A stretch of DNA of 63,928 nucleotides, counting the filler, from Reticulomyxa filosa (taxonomy: Eukaryota > Protista > Foraminifera), in NCBI GenBank assembly GCA_000512085.1. It is 18 parts of 18 records of this genome, joined end to end, with 100 filler letters (N's around TTAATTAATTAA, not from the genome) between each part and the next. Parts side by side here need not be neighbours in the genome. Positions count along the whole stretch, not along the records: positions 35,406 to 36,845 come from ASPP01018705.1; positions 36,946 to 39,448 come from ASPP01027380.1; positions 39,549 to 41,771 come from ASPP01007641.1; positions 41,872 to 45,058 come from ASPP01005108.1; positions 45,159 to 50,760 come from ASPP01012049.1; 13 more parts are not named here. One strand, written 5' to 3'. The notes under the pieces are model-generated. The model saw nothing but the letters and a program-made list of their open reading frames with translations, had not been told where the DNA came from and ran no database searches. Positions 36,836 to 50,860 of the stretch are shown here, in pieces (position 1 is the stretch's first letter; each line of letters starts with the position of its first letter). Both the position numbers and the translations under genes were made by a program.

Positions 36836-38446
36836 TAAATATCAANNNNNNNNNNNNNNNNNNNNNNNNNNNNNNNNNNNNNNNNNNNNTTAATTAATTA
36901 ANNNNNNNNNNNNNNNNNNNNNNNNNNNNNNNNNNNNNNNNNNNNAATGATAATGATGATAACTATTATTAACTTTATATATCAAATATAACTCATTTTT
37001 TTTTTTTTTTGTCATACACCAAAAAAATCGGCCAGTTTAATTTTATCAAAATAAAATAAAATGTTGATTTCAGGGTTTAGTGATATTTTTTTGACTACAT
37101 TTTTTGCATTTGAAAACACAAGTCATATTATTTCAATTTTCTTATTTTACAACGTCTCTTCATTTTCTAAGGTCTTTGTTTTGGAAAAGTAATATATCTT
37201 GCAGTTTTTTTATGTACAAGAAAAAAACCTTTAAATTTATCACACGCTCTGCATAATTCAAAAGTTTCTCTACAGTGTAGTTCAATTTTTTTTAAAAAAA
37301 ATCACCACAAACAAAAAAAAAGGTGTTGCCCCTTTTTGATTATAGAAAAGAGATAATGCACTCTTCTCCATGCTCAAGCATTTCGTACGTTTCAAAAAAA
37401 AAATGTAAAAAAAAAAAGGAGCACACTATCGAATTATCATGTGTCGCAAATCAGCAGTACAAATGGACCACAAAGAAGCGTCCGCAAATGTGATGTGAAT
37501 AAGACAATTATGCATTTTGTAAGGTCATTTGTGGAGTACTATCGATAAAATTATTTATGTTTCAAAAAGATTTGACTGATTCAGTTCTTTTGCTCAATTA
37601 TGTACAATTTTTTTGCTTCATTAATCAAATAAAAAATGTTAAAGTAAAATATTTTTTACTCTATCAAAAAGGGTCATGTCAAAGCCCCTTTTTTAAAAAA
37701 TAAACTTAAAAAACTTTCTAACATTAACAATATGGGCAATCGAACTACAACACAGAACTCTACTGAAAGAGAAACTAAACAAAGTCAACAGCTTAATATT
37801 TTTACAATTTTGTTGAAAATAACAGAAAAAGAAAAAAAAATATTTAAATCATTTGTTTTTGAATACTCTATTGTGAGAGGTGGGTTTGTTTATAATCCAT
37901 CAATATTCATGAACAGAACACAATAACAAAGCAACGCAAAAAGGTTCTAAATAAATGAAATAAGAATGAAAAACATGATATAAAATATAAAATATTGTTT
38001 AATTTAATGACAGAGCATTATTTGAGAAATAATCTACATAGTATTCACATTCGAATTATTGTGATCAATAAAAAATGATATTAAAGTATGATACAAATAT
38101 TTATCATTTATCAAATCGAATTTTTTCATTGCTTGAAAAAAAAATGTTACAATTCAAACAGATCATTAGTAAATAATTTGAAGTTAATGATAGTTCTGTG
38201 ATTTAATATATTCTGGATCGTTGAATAATAAATTATCAAAGATAATAAATATGGAAAATATTATCTAAAAAAACATTAGTCTATAATTGCAAAAATAAAT
38301 TTTATGTTTTGCACAGTCTTCAAAAGAAACAACAAAATAATGCAATGCTATTGCCAATGGATTATCAATTTTGTTAAACATATCCAAAAAATCATGTTTG
38401 CTTAGATTATGCATAGTTTGATGAATTTCAAAGTTAGACAAAAAAT

Positions 38447-39320
38447 TTATCCTGATTCAGAACATATCACATTTGGATTACAAATACTACTCTTTATTAC
38501 AAATGGCGAATATTCAACAGAAAATATTTGATCTATATGTCCATTGAACACTTGAATTTGTTTACCATATCGAATATCCCACAAACGAACACTTTTATCA
38601 TTTAATCCAGATAATATTGTATTCAATAATTCATTTGATCCATATTTTACACTCTTCACAAAATCTTTATGTCCTTTGAATACATTGAGTTGTTTGATTG
38701 TTTCAATATCTCATATTCGAATGGTTTTATTTCATGATCCAGAACAAATTATATATCCATTTCCACCAATTACACCAATATTATTCATTTTATTATTATT
38801 ATTGCTTTGTAATGGTGAAATATCAACACACCAAATATTTTTTTCATGCCCATTGAAAATATGTAATGATTTTGATGTTTCAACATCCCATAAACGAATT
38901 ATTTTGTCACCAGATCCAGAACACAAATATCTACCACCATTAAATAGTGATAATTCAATTCCATAAACACTATTTATGTATTCATTGAATATTTGTAATT
39001 CATTATTATGTTTGAAATCCCAAAAACGAATGGAATCGTCATATGATGAAGAACAAATGACATTTTGACGATGACTATGATAATGGTATGACGAAAATTT
39101 CACACAATACATATAACTTGAATGTCCATTAAATGACTGAATTTGTTTATCGTTGTCAATATACCATACACAAACTGTTGTATCATCTGATCTAAAACAA
39201 AAGAATTGACAATCATCAACTTAAATAATCAATGCTACACACAGTGTTTATATGTCTAGTGAATGTGTTGATTAATTTAGATGACGAGAAAAAGGTGTCA
39301 AACATAAAGAATGCAGTTGC
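38447..39320 (-). pseudogene. WD40-repeat pseudogene
   Basis: ORFs 38732..39112 and 38447..38659 are WD repeats (CSGSGDKIIRLWDVET, SVRLWDIR) separated by TGA stops where Trp is expected. Confidence 0.9.
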
Positions 39321-39548
39321 CTGTGTTAACAGCGATGATAAAAAATAACAAATACAGCAGGATAAAAAAGAAAGTTGACCTAAAATGCACCTTATAGAGA
39401 TGATTGTGTTTCTCCATGAAAAAACAACATTTAATCAAATTTTTTTTTNNNNNNNNNNNNNNNNNNNNNNNNNNNNNNNNNNNNNNNNNNNNTTAATTAA
39501 TTAANNNNNNNNNNNNNNNNNNNNNNNNNNNNNNNNNNNNNNNNNNNN

Positions 39549-39588
<40 letters not shown>

Positions 39589-39597
39589 CGGAATCAG

Positions 39598-40462
39598 AGG
39601 CGCCAGAGATTCAAAGTCGTGTGAGCAATGGCAAACGTGACATTGAAAGTGAACAAGCGTTGACATTGCTGCCAACGAGTTCATTGTTTTCAAAACGATC
39701 TTCTAATTCTTCCCACGAAGACGTTGTCAAGCCGCCTGTTATTAACCGTAACAAGAGTATCCATGTCAACACTCAAACCGTAGTCGAACTATCTGACGAT
39801 CAGTTCTCTATTTTTTTTTTTTTTTTTTTTTTTACATATGTATGTATAATGTATACAAATATTTTTGTTGTTGTTGTTGTTAAATAATAAAACGAAAGGA
39901 TAAAGCGAATCGATGCAAACAATGGAAATGTAACGAGCAATCGCAAAATGTCGTTTACAAACGAGGCCGCACAAAGGTTTGCGTCTCAAGTGAATAAAAA
40001 GCTGAATCAAGCCCGGCAGACTCCAGTATTGGCAGGGGTCAATGTGATTGCAGGGATGGCCACCATGGAGACATTGGAGGAAATAACTGGTCGTGTCCAC
40101 CAAAAGCCGCCGACGAATGTGGCGGACAAGGATCTATCCATTTCTCTTGCTAAGCACTATGACACGGCTGTCCCATTGGAGTCGCCCTCGCCAACCTTGT
40201 CTGATTCCGTTATCAAGGCCACCATGATCCCTCGTCCTCACAGCAGTAGTTTGACCCACGTGCCTCAAAACCGCACCCTTCCAAAGCAGGAACTCACCAG
40301 TCATCTCCAAGAAAGGGACCCCACTGAACCCACACCCCCCGTGGCAAAAGTTCAATTCGTCCGAAAGCGCATGTCTCTCGTTCATAAGAATTACAACGAC
40401 AATGTGATATCTCATCAGTTTTGGCACTACCAATCAACCCAAAAATTACTTTTCAACAAATG

Positions 40463-40496
<34 letters not shown>

Positions 40497-41771
40497 AAAT
40501 TTTAATTCTTTATTAAATACTTTTGCAAATTGTGTTGTTTGTTTACAAAAAAGAAATCCAAATAATCACAACTCTGCTCCGACCTCACCAGAATCAAATG
40601 TGACGTCGAAGCCGTCAGAGGCAATTCGCAATGGCATTGCAACAGGCCACGAAGCAAATGGACATGAATTCCGTGCCGTGACCACCAAGCCAATTCTGGA
40701 GAAGAATAGAAAGCCCCCTCCTTTGGGCCAGAAAAAGGAAGAAAAATCGACGACAGCCACGGACAACTAGGAATGCATTGGAAAAGAAAATGGAATCGGA
40801 CAAGGCGAGAATGACGGGGACGGGCGTCCAAAAGAACAATGCGCGGAAAACAAATTCGGAACCGTTCAACAGCGCTCAACCTCAACCTTTTGCACTTCCA
40901 CATCCCACGGGTATCGTGGCGGCACGTCCTCCTCCTTCCCTCCCTGACGATTCGGAGACTCATAGTACTCAGAGCAGTCGAACGCCGGAGACCGATGATG
41001 AAAGCTATGTCAATGAACATGACCATAGACAGAACAATGATAATAACAATGACAATGGTAATGATAAAAACAATGACAACGATAATGACAATGAAAATGA
41101 TAATGAAAATGATAATGAAAATGATAATGAAAATGATAATGGTGACAATAACCATAATAATAATAATCATAACCATAACCACAGCAGTTATAATAACAAT
41201 AACAATAACAATAACATTAATTATAATAATAGTAGTAACAATGGCCACATTAATAATCACGACAATGACGACGATAACGAAAGTGGACATATCAATGAAA
41301 ACGACGTAGTTGCAAATAGAAATACACATTCTATATCTAAAAGGAAACATGACAGCTACAATAACAACATTGCTGTCAATATGATTCATCCTAACAACAG
41401 TGGCAACAACCACAGCAACCACAGCAATCATAGTAATCATAGCAACAATAACGATGACAATGCTAGTCTTAAAAAAAACGAAAGAAAAGAAGAAAACCCT
41501 AATCTGTTTGTCACTGCAAAAGACGCTGCTACTGTTCAAACCAAAGGAAATTATCGAGAAGATGTCGAAATTGACATTGACGAAGACATTGAGCATGTGG
41601 TTCAAAAAGAAGAAGAAGAAGAGCAAAAATCGGCCAGACCTTCCCAACAAGTTTTTTTTTTTTTTTTTTGTCCTTGTTTTTTAAAAAAAATTTTGAACAA
41701 TGGGTCCGTATATTGCTTTCAATATTTTTTCACAGTTCCCATTGGCAGTGGCGGTCAATAACGCAATAACG
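39598..41771 (+). CDS. Multi-exon low-complexity Asn/Asp/His-rich protein fragment of unknown function
   Basis: Successive + strand ORFs 39621, 39948 and 40778 interrupted by poly-T/poly-A introns; N/D/H repeats at 41035-41280. Confidence 0.6.
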
Positions 41772-41889
41772 NNNNNNNNNNNNNNNNNNNNNNNNNNNNN
41801 NNNNNNNNNNNNNNNTTAATTAATTAANNNNNNNNNNNNNNNNNNNNNNNNNNNNNNNNNNNNNNNNNNNNTTTTATTTTATTTTTTGA

Positions 41890-44800
41890 AAAAAAGAAAG
41901 ATGCCACAGCATTGGTAATACTGCGAAGACTAATCTTCACGTCGTTTTTGCACAGCGCAATAACACATGTTCCCGCAGTGTTTAAGACAATGTTTCAGCT
42001 GCACGAAATATTGTGGCATTCGTATCGCAGTCTTTTGAAATTTGAAATTGGCGTGTTGTTGGACACGGGAATGGTTGGATTGTTGTGCAGCCGTTTTGCA
42101 GCCCCCTCAAAAAGTCGACCTGCTCGATGGCCTTACTCAAATGTTCATCAACAAATCCGCACTGATTGATATCTTCTACAACTACGACAATGACGTCATC
42201 AATTGGCCTGTATGTCAACATCTGGTCGCGACCATTGCCAAGTTGACCGAAGGAGAGTTCTTCACCTCCAATCACTATGGGCTTAAAGAAGACCGCGTCG
42301 TTCAAGGGGCATTGCGATTGTTGGCTCGATTCATGGAACTCATGGCCAAGTCTGTTTACATGCACACACACACACACACATGCCAAATGAACAAAACAAT
42401 GAAAATTAAAAAAAAAAACAAAAAAAAACATGACATTCGCATTTGACGCGAATAGATATTTGAAGGCTCTGAACTTAAATGTTGGAGGCAACTTGGATGA
42501 ACAAGAAGACTTTGACAAGCTGGGAGTCGATTATGTCTCCTCCAATGTCCGCTATCAGTTTAAGGCAAATGAAGTTAATACTTTGCGTTTACATGGACAT
42601 TAATCTCCGATCTCCTCTGTGTGTCAAAAAACCAAAAAAAAAAAAAAAAAACAAAACAAAAGGCATAACACAATGGTATGATTTTAGGACGATGACATTG
42701 CCTCAGGATCGGACCACAAAGAAACTGCTGTGGCCACAAGGATACGAACGGGAAGTAATATTACGCTGAGAGATTTGGCGACCTTAAATCCAAAGCGAGA
42801 CAAAGAAATAGACACTGCATCGGCATCATCGATGGACGATGAACCTATTGCCGCACAACAATCGATTCTACGAGATGGTTTGTGCTTTTGTTTTGCTGTC
42901 AATGAAATAAAATTGTATATGTACATATATATATATGTATATATATATACTATTCGCTTTGTCCTACAATGCAACATACTAAGTACATAACCACATTAAA
43001 AGCAAATGTAAACATCATTGAATATCATCATTATTAGAAAAAACAGGAATGCAATTGAACACAAGTGCGAAACCGTCTCCACAAGCGGCCCCAGTGGAAG
43101 CTGCAGACATGGTTCTCCCGGACATTACCTTGTTGATGTCAATGCAACGCGAACGATCGACTGTAAGGTACTTTTTTTTTTTTTTTTTTTCCCCCCCTCT
43201 TCTCTCTTCTCTCTGTTCATCGCAAGGATATGGTTATTACTTTTTTTTTTTTTTGAAAGCATGAAAAAAATGTGAAAGAAAGTCGAGATTTTCCAACGGA
43301 AGAAACCAATGGAGAAGAAAAAAAAAAACAGAAGAAGATCCAACTCCAGCCATTTCGTTGGACGACGACCGCGGTTGAGTGAGGAGGGGGTGCCCACACA
43401 AACACATTATATACATAGTGTTATATACATATATTTTATATAATCAAACTACACACAAACGAAACAATTTTGAAGAGAAACGCCAGCACGTATGGGAAGA
43501 ACACAAAGGAGACGCAGACTGGGAGGACGTGCGTGGTCGTGACAACAGGGCCAACACGTGGCAATTGCGTTACGCAGGCCACAAAGAAGAACAAAAGATT
43601 GTCGAAGAAGCATTGAAACGTGCTCGACAAGAAAAGTTGGAACATGCTGTCAAGTTTTTAGTCAGTCAAGGTGGAAAGTTTTCTGATCTTAAATTCATTG
43701 CGCAATTTTTATATGTCAATGATACTTTGGACAAATTTGCAGTGGGTGATTTTATTTCTTGTCGGTACTGTTATAACTATGTTTGTATATCATCCATACT
43801 TTGTTTTTACATTTATTTATTTGTACTTGTTTGTATGTGATAGAAAATCATCAGTATTTACCGAATCGCAACATCGTGACTTGCTATTAGTATACGTGGG
43901 ATTGTTGAACTTTACTGGAATGTCATTTGATCCCGCTTTTCGTCACTTTTTGACTGACTGCGGATTTCGATTGCCTCCCGAGGGACAGCAGATTGATCGA
44001 CTCATTGTTGGATTCGCGCACGCGTTTACCCGAGACAATCCTCACATGTTTGTATCTCAAGATCAATGCCTGATCTTGGCCTATGCAGTCTTGATGTTGA
44101 ACACTGAATTGCATAACCCTAAAGCCAAAACAGCAAGTAGCAATGGTCCAATGACACAAGCCCAATTTGCTAACATTCTTCGCAACGACGAAGGCCCATT
44201 CTGTTGAGTAAACTATTTTCACATATGATATATACATATACATATACATGTATACATATACATTTATATATTTATATGTATATAACAGTACCGGAAATGA
44301 TTCGCGACTTATATCAAAGTGTTAAAGACAATCCAATTGAAATTAAAATATTCGAACGAGAAGAAGGTGGTGTCACCGACGATGTGCAGTCTGTCCAGAA
44401 GCAATTTCGCAATGAGTGCAGTCGCTTGGTCCAACGCGGCCAGGCGCGCTTGCGTGAATTAGCGACTCGAAAGCACTCGTGGCATAAAGCGCCCAACGTT
44501 CGAATTGTAAGAGCGTTGTATGATGTCACGTGGCATCAATTTTTGGCAGCCATTACGACAATTATGGGCAAAGCCAAAGACCCACAAACACAGTCGGAGT
44601 GTTTGGAAGCGATCAAATATTCGTGCGCCACAGCAATTATGTTGGGATTGATTAAGCCTGAATTACATGCTTTTGCAAATAATTTGGCCAAATTTGTGTA
44701 TATGGAAGAAAATAAATATTTGAAGCAAAACACAAGACATTTGGCAACAGTCACTGGAGAACATTTGAAACAAAAATGGTTTTTGGTAATGGATTTTTAA

Positions 44801-45040
44801 AATATATGTACATACATATATGTATATGTATATCTTTCTATAAGGTTAATTCCAATGAAACAATGGCCCTTCAAATAAAATCAATCATAGACCCTATTGG
44901 AAATCAGTGGACGTGCACCCGATGTCGGATGTGAAATTGTATCGAGAGTTTGTAACGATATGCAAAGACGTGTCGTGTATGATACCGATCAAAAGGCATT
45001 GAGAGATATTGAAGCAATGTTGGGCAATGAATTGGTTTAG
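41890..45040 (+). CDS. Large Sec7-domain Arf guanine-nucleotide exchange factor (BIG/GBF type), internal fragment
   Basis: HUS-like FYNYDND; Sec7 motif 1 FRLPPEGQQIDRL (catalytic Glu retained), motif 2 LAYAVLMLNTELHNP, LYQSVKDNPI; downstream HDS1-like TWHQFLAAI...CLEAIK. Confidence 0.92.
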
Positions 45041-45158
45041 TTTTTTTTTTTTTTTTTTNNNNNNNNNNNNNNNNNNNNNNNNNNNNNNNNNNNNNNNNNN
45101 NNTTAATTAATTAANNNNNNNNNNNNNNNNNNNNNNNNNNNNNNNNNNNNNNNNNNNN

Positions 45159-46546
45159 CAGGCTTTGTTTCTACAGACTTTGTTTCTACAGACTTCGGTT
45201 TGATCAATGATGACAAATTGGACAAAAACCCGCCCGACGGCTTTACATCTTTCATCAACAACATTACTTTTTCGGCCATTTCGTCTGAATTTTCCAAAGT
45301 CGAAACATGTCCCAAGTACTGTCCATCTCGGCCCATTATATACATCATTGTCACACTGTTTGTGTTCCCAGCCCATTCCAATATCCGCCAACATTTTTTT
45401 ATTTTTTATTTTTTAAAAAAAAATAGTGTTTTTTTTTTTGTTTGGTTTCTTCTTCTTGTTATAATTTTTTTCGAACAAGAAAAAGCCCGAAGAAGCTAAC
45501 TGATCAATGATATAATCCTCCTGATTTTCAGTAGGGCCGGGTGTGGAATAGTAGGCCCGGTACGCTTTGGTGAAAGTGGCGACCTGATGTGGCGTGCCCG
45601 TCAGCCCTACGATTTTCGGATGAAACTGTCGAATGAACTTGGCCACCAATGCCGGCGAGTCACGCTTGGGATCAACACTCACAAATATTGGTACAACTTC
45701 ATCTGCGTACCCTTTTGCCTCAAGGATTTGTAGCGCCTAAAAAAAAAAAAAAAAAAGGGGGCACCCATCCACACAAAGGGGTTATTTCATTTTTTTTTTT
45801 AATTTTTAAAAAAAACATTTAAAAAAAAGATAATAAACTCGAGCAAGTTTGGTTAATTCTCTTGGACAAACGTCGGGACAAAATGTGAAACCGAAATACA
45901 CAATTTGATATTTGCCAGTGTACGTGGTGTGATTGACCAGCTTCCCTTCGTGGTTGAACATTTCCCAATTCTTACTCGCAACTGCTGCGTCTCCGTAGGT
46001 TTCGGTGGATGATTTCGTCACTTGTTCGACTTTGCGCCTTTGCAAAAATTGCTGCGTACCCACTGTTATTATTCCCAAAAATAATGCCATTATAAACACT
46101 GCGTGCCAAGATATTGGCGCTGGTGTTTCCTTTTTTTTTTTTTTTAAAAAAAAAAGGGATTTAAAAAAAAACAATAAATTTTTAAAAAAATTGACATATA
46201 TTCAATACTTGTCTTTTAGCGAGGTAAAACGCCTATTTATCGGATATCTGCCATAGCGGGTCTTCAGTGGAAAGGTCTTCAAACCTAACCTGATAAAGGT
46301 AAAGCTTCTCTTTTGTCCAACAACCATTGCACTTTTCACATTGCGCATGTTTCGTTGTGCTTGGCACATCCACAAACCGTTTTGAAGACTGTTCATATGA
46401 CACTGCGAATGCATAGCCCTGCTTGAGAGATTCAAATGGCCCAGAGATGAAAAACGAAATAATGGACCCAACATTGCCCGATGGTGTAGTAATGAACCTA
46501 AGCAAGTCATGAAGGATTGGGATGAAGTTTGATTCAGAGTTTGCAA
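45159..46546 (-). CDS. SCO1: SCO1/SCO2 mitochondrial copper chaperone (multi-exon; 3' end cut)
   Basis: TM helix, YFGFTFCPDVCPREL (CxxxC), SVDPKRD, GLTGT; splicing intron 45356..45500 rebuilds DYIIDH-VTMMYIMG, restoring the copper-ligand His. Confidence 0.93.
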
Positions 46547-47078
46547 CTTTTCAGTCTCTCGACAAAATAGGTATTGCTACAATAACCGAAGCCTTTCGTT
46601 CAAATTTTTTTGTCATGTAAAAGAAAATGGACAAAGATATAGTCATTTGGTTAAAAGCAAAAGTGGTAAAAAGTTTTAAATTTAGTGAAAAATTTAAAGC
46701 TCGACAGTGCCAGAAATTTCTCGCAGGTTCCAATAAATCAAAATGATAGTCAAAATCTTCAAATTGATTTTCGATATTAAAAGTACTGTTTCACCAAAAT
46801 CTGTGTCAATAAACGACGTTTTCGGTAAGTTAGTACGTCCAAAAGAGAATTTAAGGCTTTCCACGTAAAACTTTTTGTGAGTTTGTTTTGTAATTGAAAA
46901 AAACATATACTTTGTAGGAGAACATTATTCTGATCAAAGAACGAACAGTCATTCAAAACATAGTCAAATATTAATTACTAAATCCGCTTGGGCAATTTGA
47001 TAGGTATTTATCAGAGAAAATATATAAGAAAAATTGTTTGACACATTTTTTTTTAAATTAGACTTTGTTCGCAATGTT

Positions 47079-48074
47079 TTAAAATGGTGCCCACAATCGG
47101 ATTACCCCATCATTTGATGATGATAAAATTGTGTTTCCATCTCGTGAGATATCCACACCTCTTATATCATTAGAATATCCTTTCAATATTTGTATATCTG
47201 TTCCTAATTGAACATCCCATAATCGGATTGTATAATCAAAGGAACATGAAATAAGGAGTTGTCCATCTGGGAAGAATTGTACATCGCTTATTACGCTGGA
47301 ATGTCCAACTAATTTTTTCATTTGTTTCCCTGACACAACATCCCATATTCTAATTGTTTCATCCCCTGAGCAAGAAACGATAAAACAACCATCAGGAGAA
47401 AATTGCGCCACCATCACAAAAGCTAAATGTCCTTCCAATATTTTTAATATTTCTCCAGTTTTCACGTCCCAAAGTCCAATTGTGTTATCAGATGAAGCAG
47501 ATGCAATTTTTGTGCCATCAGGTGAAAATTCTACATCATTTACCCAACTGGAATGATGTTCCATTATTTTTAACTCTTTCCCAGAGTTTGTATCCCATAA
47601 TCGAATTGTTTGATCAGATGAGCCAGATGCGATAATTTTTCCATCTGGTGAGAATTCGACTGTTGTTACACCATCTGAGTGTCCTTGCAATGTTCTTATT
47701 TCTTTATACGATACCAAATCCCATAATCGTATTGTCCCATCACGTGATCCGGATACAATCATATTGCCATCTGGTGAAAATTGTGCATCATATACAATAT
47801 CTGAATGTCCTTTCAATTCTCCAATGTGTTTCCCTAACTCTGCGTCCCATAATAGAATTTGCCCATTTTCAGAATGTGATACCACTTTCATACAATCTGG
47901 CGAAAATCTTGCACTGTACAATTCATCCATGCGATCCTGAAAAATTTGTAATGGCTTAAAATATCTCATTAAAACATATCTTGAAATGATAGTATTAAAT
48001 TCATTGATCCAGCCCATTTTTATCAATAATAAACGAACCCAATGCGTAGTTATTATATCAATTTTTTTTTTCCT

Positions 48075-48108
<34 letters not shown>

Positions 48109-49330
48109 TAAAATTAAATTTGTAAAAATTATATATTTCAATGAATTACACGTATACATATATATAAACTCAACTTTCCATTCATTGATATCAAAGTCTT
48201 CTTTGGCTTCTAGCAATTCCATTTGAATTTCTTCCAATTCTTTTCTTTTTTCACTTTCAAGAATCCAGAATTTTTCAAGTTTTGTTCTTTTTGCATCCAT
48301 TCATTCACGTTCGTTTTAATATGTTGTGATAAAGGTCTCCGACCATCCTCACCTCCAACAACATGTATAAACTTGTTATCTTCACTCAACATACAAGCGC
48401 AACCACATAACGGAATTGGCAAATTGTATTCAAATTTTGTCCAGGTATTTTCGGCGATTGAATATTTGTAAATTTCTGTTGAGGCATTTCTTCCAATACC
48501 ATCACTACTCCCACCAAAAAATAATATGCAATCATTGACATAAACATATCCATAACACAAAAGCGATTTGAGCGGTGTGTCAACTCGCACATTTTTAAAT
48601 TGAAATTCGTTGGCATGTTCATCATACAAAATCGATAATCCAGTCTTCTCATAAAAGAACATCATTTCATGTATTGTTTCACTTGCGTTTGTATTCACAG
48701 TCTTTGATACAAAGCAATGATATCTCACTGAAGCATCATCCATTGGCAAATTATCTTGCTTTACAAATGTAAACTTATTTAAGTCATATACGCTAATTTT
48801 GTTCGGATGATGGGTGATAAATAACAAATGTTTATTGCTACCACCAATTGTTGCACGCATGCCACCATAGTCATTACCAATATTGCCAATGATTATTGGC
48901 TTGTTGTATTCATTGAGAAAAGGCGTCCATTCGTTCAAATTTTTTTTTGTCCTTTTCGATCCGGTATTATCACCACCACTTTTATCATCCCAAACACTCA
49001 CATACTTCATTATTAAAGTATGCTTTCTAGTTCCGCCAAAAGATAACAAAGTAATTACATCGACATCTCCATCATTGTCATTCCTCAATTCCACCACACT
49101 ATGTCCACTTAGTTCGACATTGCTGGGGTATGAACAAATCAACTTGTATTGATTTTTGATTGTATGATAGGAGTAACATTTAACATTTCCATAACCTCCA
49201 CAAATCAGAATTTCGTGTTTGTGTACCACACATTGGAGATATTGAAATGGTATTGGCAAAGAAGCCAACGTTTCAAATGAACGCGTAGTCGCCAGTTTTG
49301 CAGTTTCTTCTACGTTCATGTCTTTTTCAT
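47079..49330 (-). CDS. Kelch-like propeller + linker helix + WD40 propeller fusion protein
   Basis: Kelch ORF 48210..49391 (LICGG, LLSFGG, ILFFGG, IHVVGG), linker HWVRLLLIKMGWINEFNTIISRY, and about 7 clean GH...FSPDG...SGS.D.TIRLWD repeats in 47079..48026. Confidence 0.88.
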
Positions 49331-49710
49331 TCATTTCAATGCAAAAAAAGCCACCCGAAATTTGCTTATTTTCACTTCTACAATAACACAAAAAAAATAA
49401 TGTTATATTTATTAAAATGCTTTTTATAGGCTGAATTTCAAAGGGGTTTGAAAACTTGCCCGAATTTTTTCCTAATCAAGTGGTCTCATCGTAACAATAA
49501 ATGTTATCTTCACCTAATGGACATTGTACATAATTCCAATTAGAGTGCTCTCTATCTAATTTCTGCATCACAATTTTTTTAGAATAGTCATTCTTAGACA
49601 ACTCAGTGAATTTAATTGATAATACAACATGAATAGATGTTATTGCATGCTTTATGACAAAAGTTTCAGTGTTATTCTCTGCTAGTGCACAAAACGAAAG
49701 GGACAAAATA

Positions 49711-50632
49711 ATGGGTAATCACACTTCCAAAAAAGACGTATCAAAGAAAGAGAAAAGAAAAAGAGATTTTCCTCAGAAATTGCAAAAATGGTCAACAGGT
49801 TGGGCATTTACGGACAAACATAGAAAGGCGATTGAAGAGGGGCTGTCTCGTCATAAACTGCAAGACATAGTGGGTATTTTTCTGTCAATACTCGGAGAAG
49901 ACGACACCTTTCGAACATATTATCGTCTGACGTGTCCCAAACTTTGTGATACCAACAACGACAATACTATCTCCACTGATTATTACATACCCCCTGATTG
50001 GATCAAGTTATTACATTGTTTAATAAAACATATCAAACAAACACGAACAAGTCTGCAATATATTTACATATATACGTATACGTATATATATGCATGCACA
50101 CAGAGATAAAGAGAAAAAAGGGATTAAAATCGTCATCACAGGAAATGGAGGCTTTGGCAAAACGAGTTTACTCCATCGACTTGTGCTTGATCGGTTTGTA
50201 GAACAATACGATCCGACAATAGAAGACGATTTTCGCAAAGAAATTCAATTGAACAATGAAAGTAGTTGCTTAGTTCAATGTACGGACACATCTGGACAGG
50301 AGGAGTACCTTCCACTAACGAGCCAGTGGCCCCGTCCTGCTGACTGCATCATTATTGTGTATGATGTGTGTGAACTAAGTACTCCAACAGAAACTGTTAC
50401 CACTTATTTGAGACGGCTTCAGTTTGAAAAGAGTGTTATAATTGTTGCCGGCACAAAGGCTGATCTGAGGGGCTCGCTTTCTAAATATCAAAATAATTAT
50501 AAGTCGATTGTTGAATTTTGTAAACTTAATAACTTGCCTTATATTGAAACCTCGGCCAAGGACAATGTCAATGTAGACTTTTTATTTCAATATGTTATTT
50601 ATCATGCGTGGTTCAATACTTTAAATGATTAA
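49711..50632 (+). CDS. Ras-family small GTPase with a long N-terminal extension and no CAAX box (two exons)
   Basis: G1 GNGGFGKT, effector YDPTIED, G3 DTSGQEEY, G4 TKAD, G5 ETSAK; exon 1 starts MGNHTSKK; ends ...WFNTLND*. Confidence 0.9.
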
Positions 50633-50860
50633 TTTTTTTGTTTTTAGACGATTGGAAAGATGTCTTTGATATATGTTATATACGTAATATATCCTAAAAG
50701 TCAAATTAAACTAAACTCATTTTCTTAATACTACATTAGGCTGCAAAGAAAACTGAACGCNNNNNNNNNNNNNNNNNNNNNNNNNNNNNNNNNNNNNNNN
50801 NNNNTTAATTAATTAANNNNNNNNNNNNNNNNNNNNNNNNNNNNNNNNNNNNNNNNNNNN

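Noticed and set aside
37732-37926. MGNRTTTQ ORF resembling the start of kelch-family genes
   Set aside because: No kelch motifs follow; too short to call.
40502-41650. Long hydrophobic antisense ORFs (also 7129..7701, 4214..4813, 11819..12214, 31187..31816)
   Set aside because: Shadow frames of low-complexity or real coding sequence on the opposite strand.
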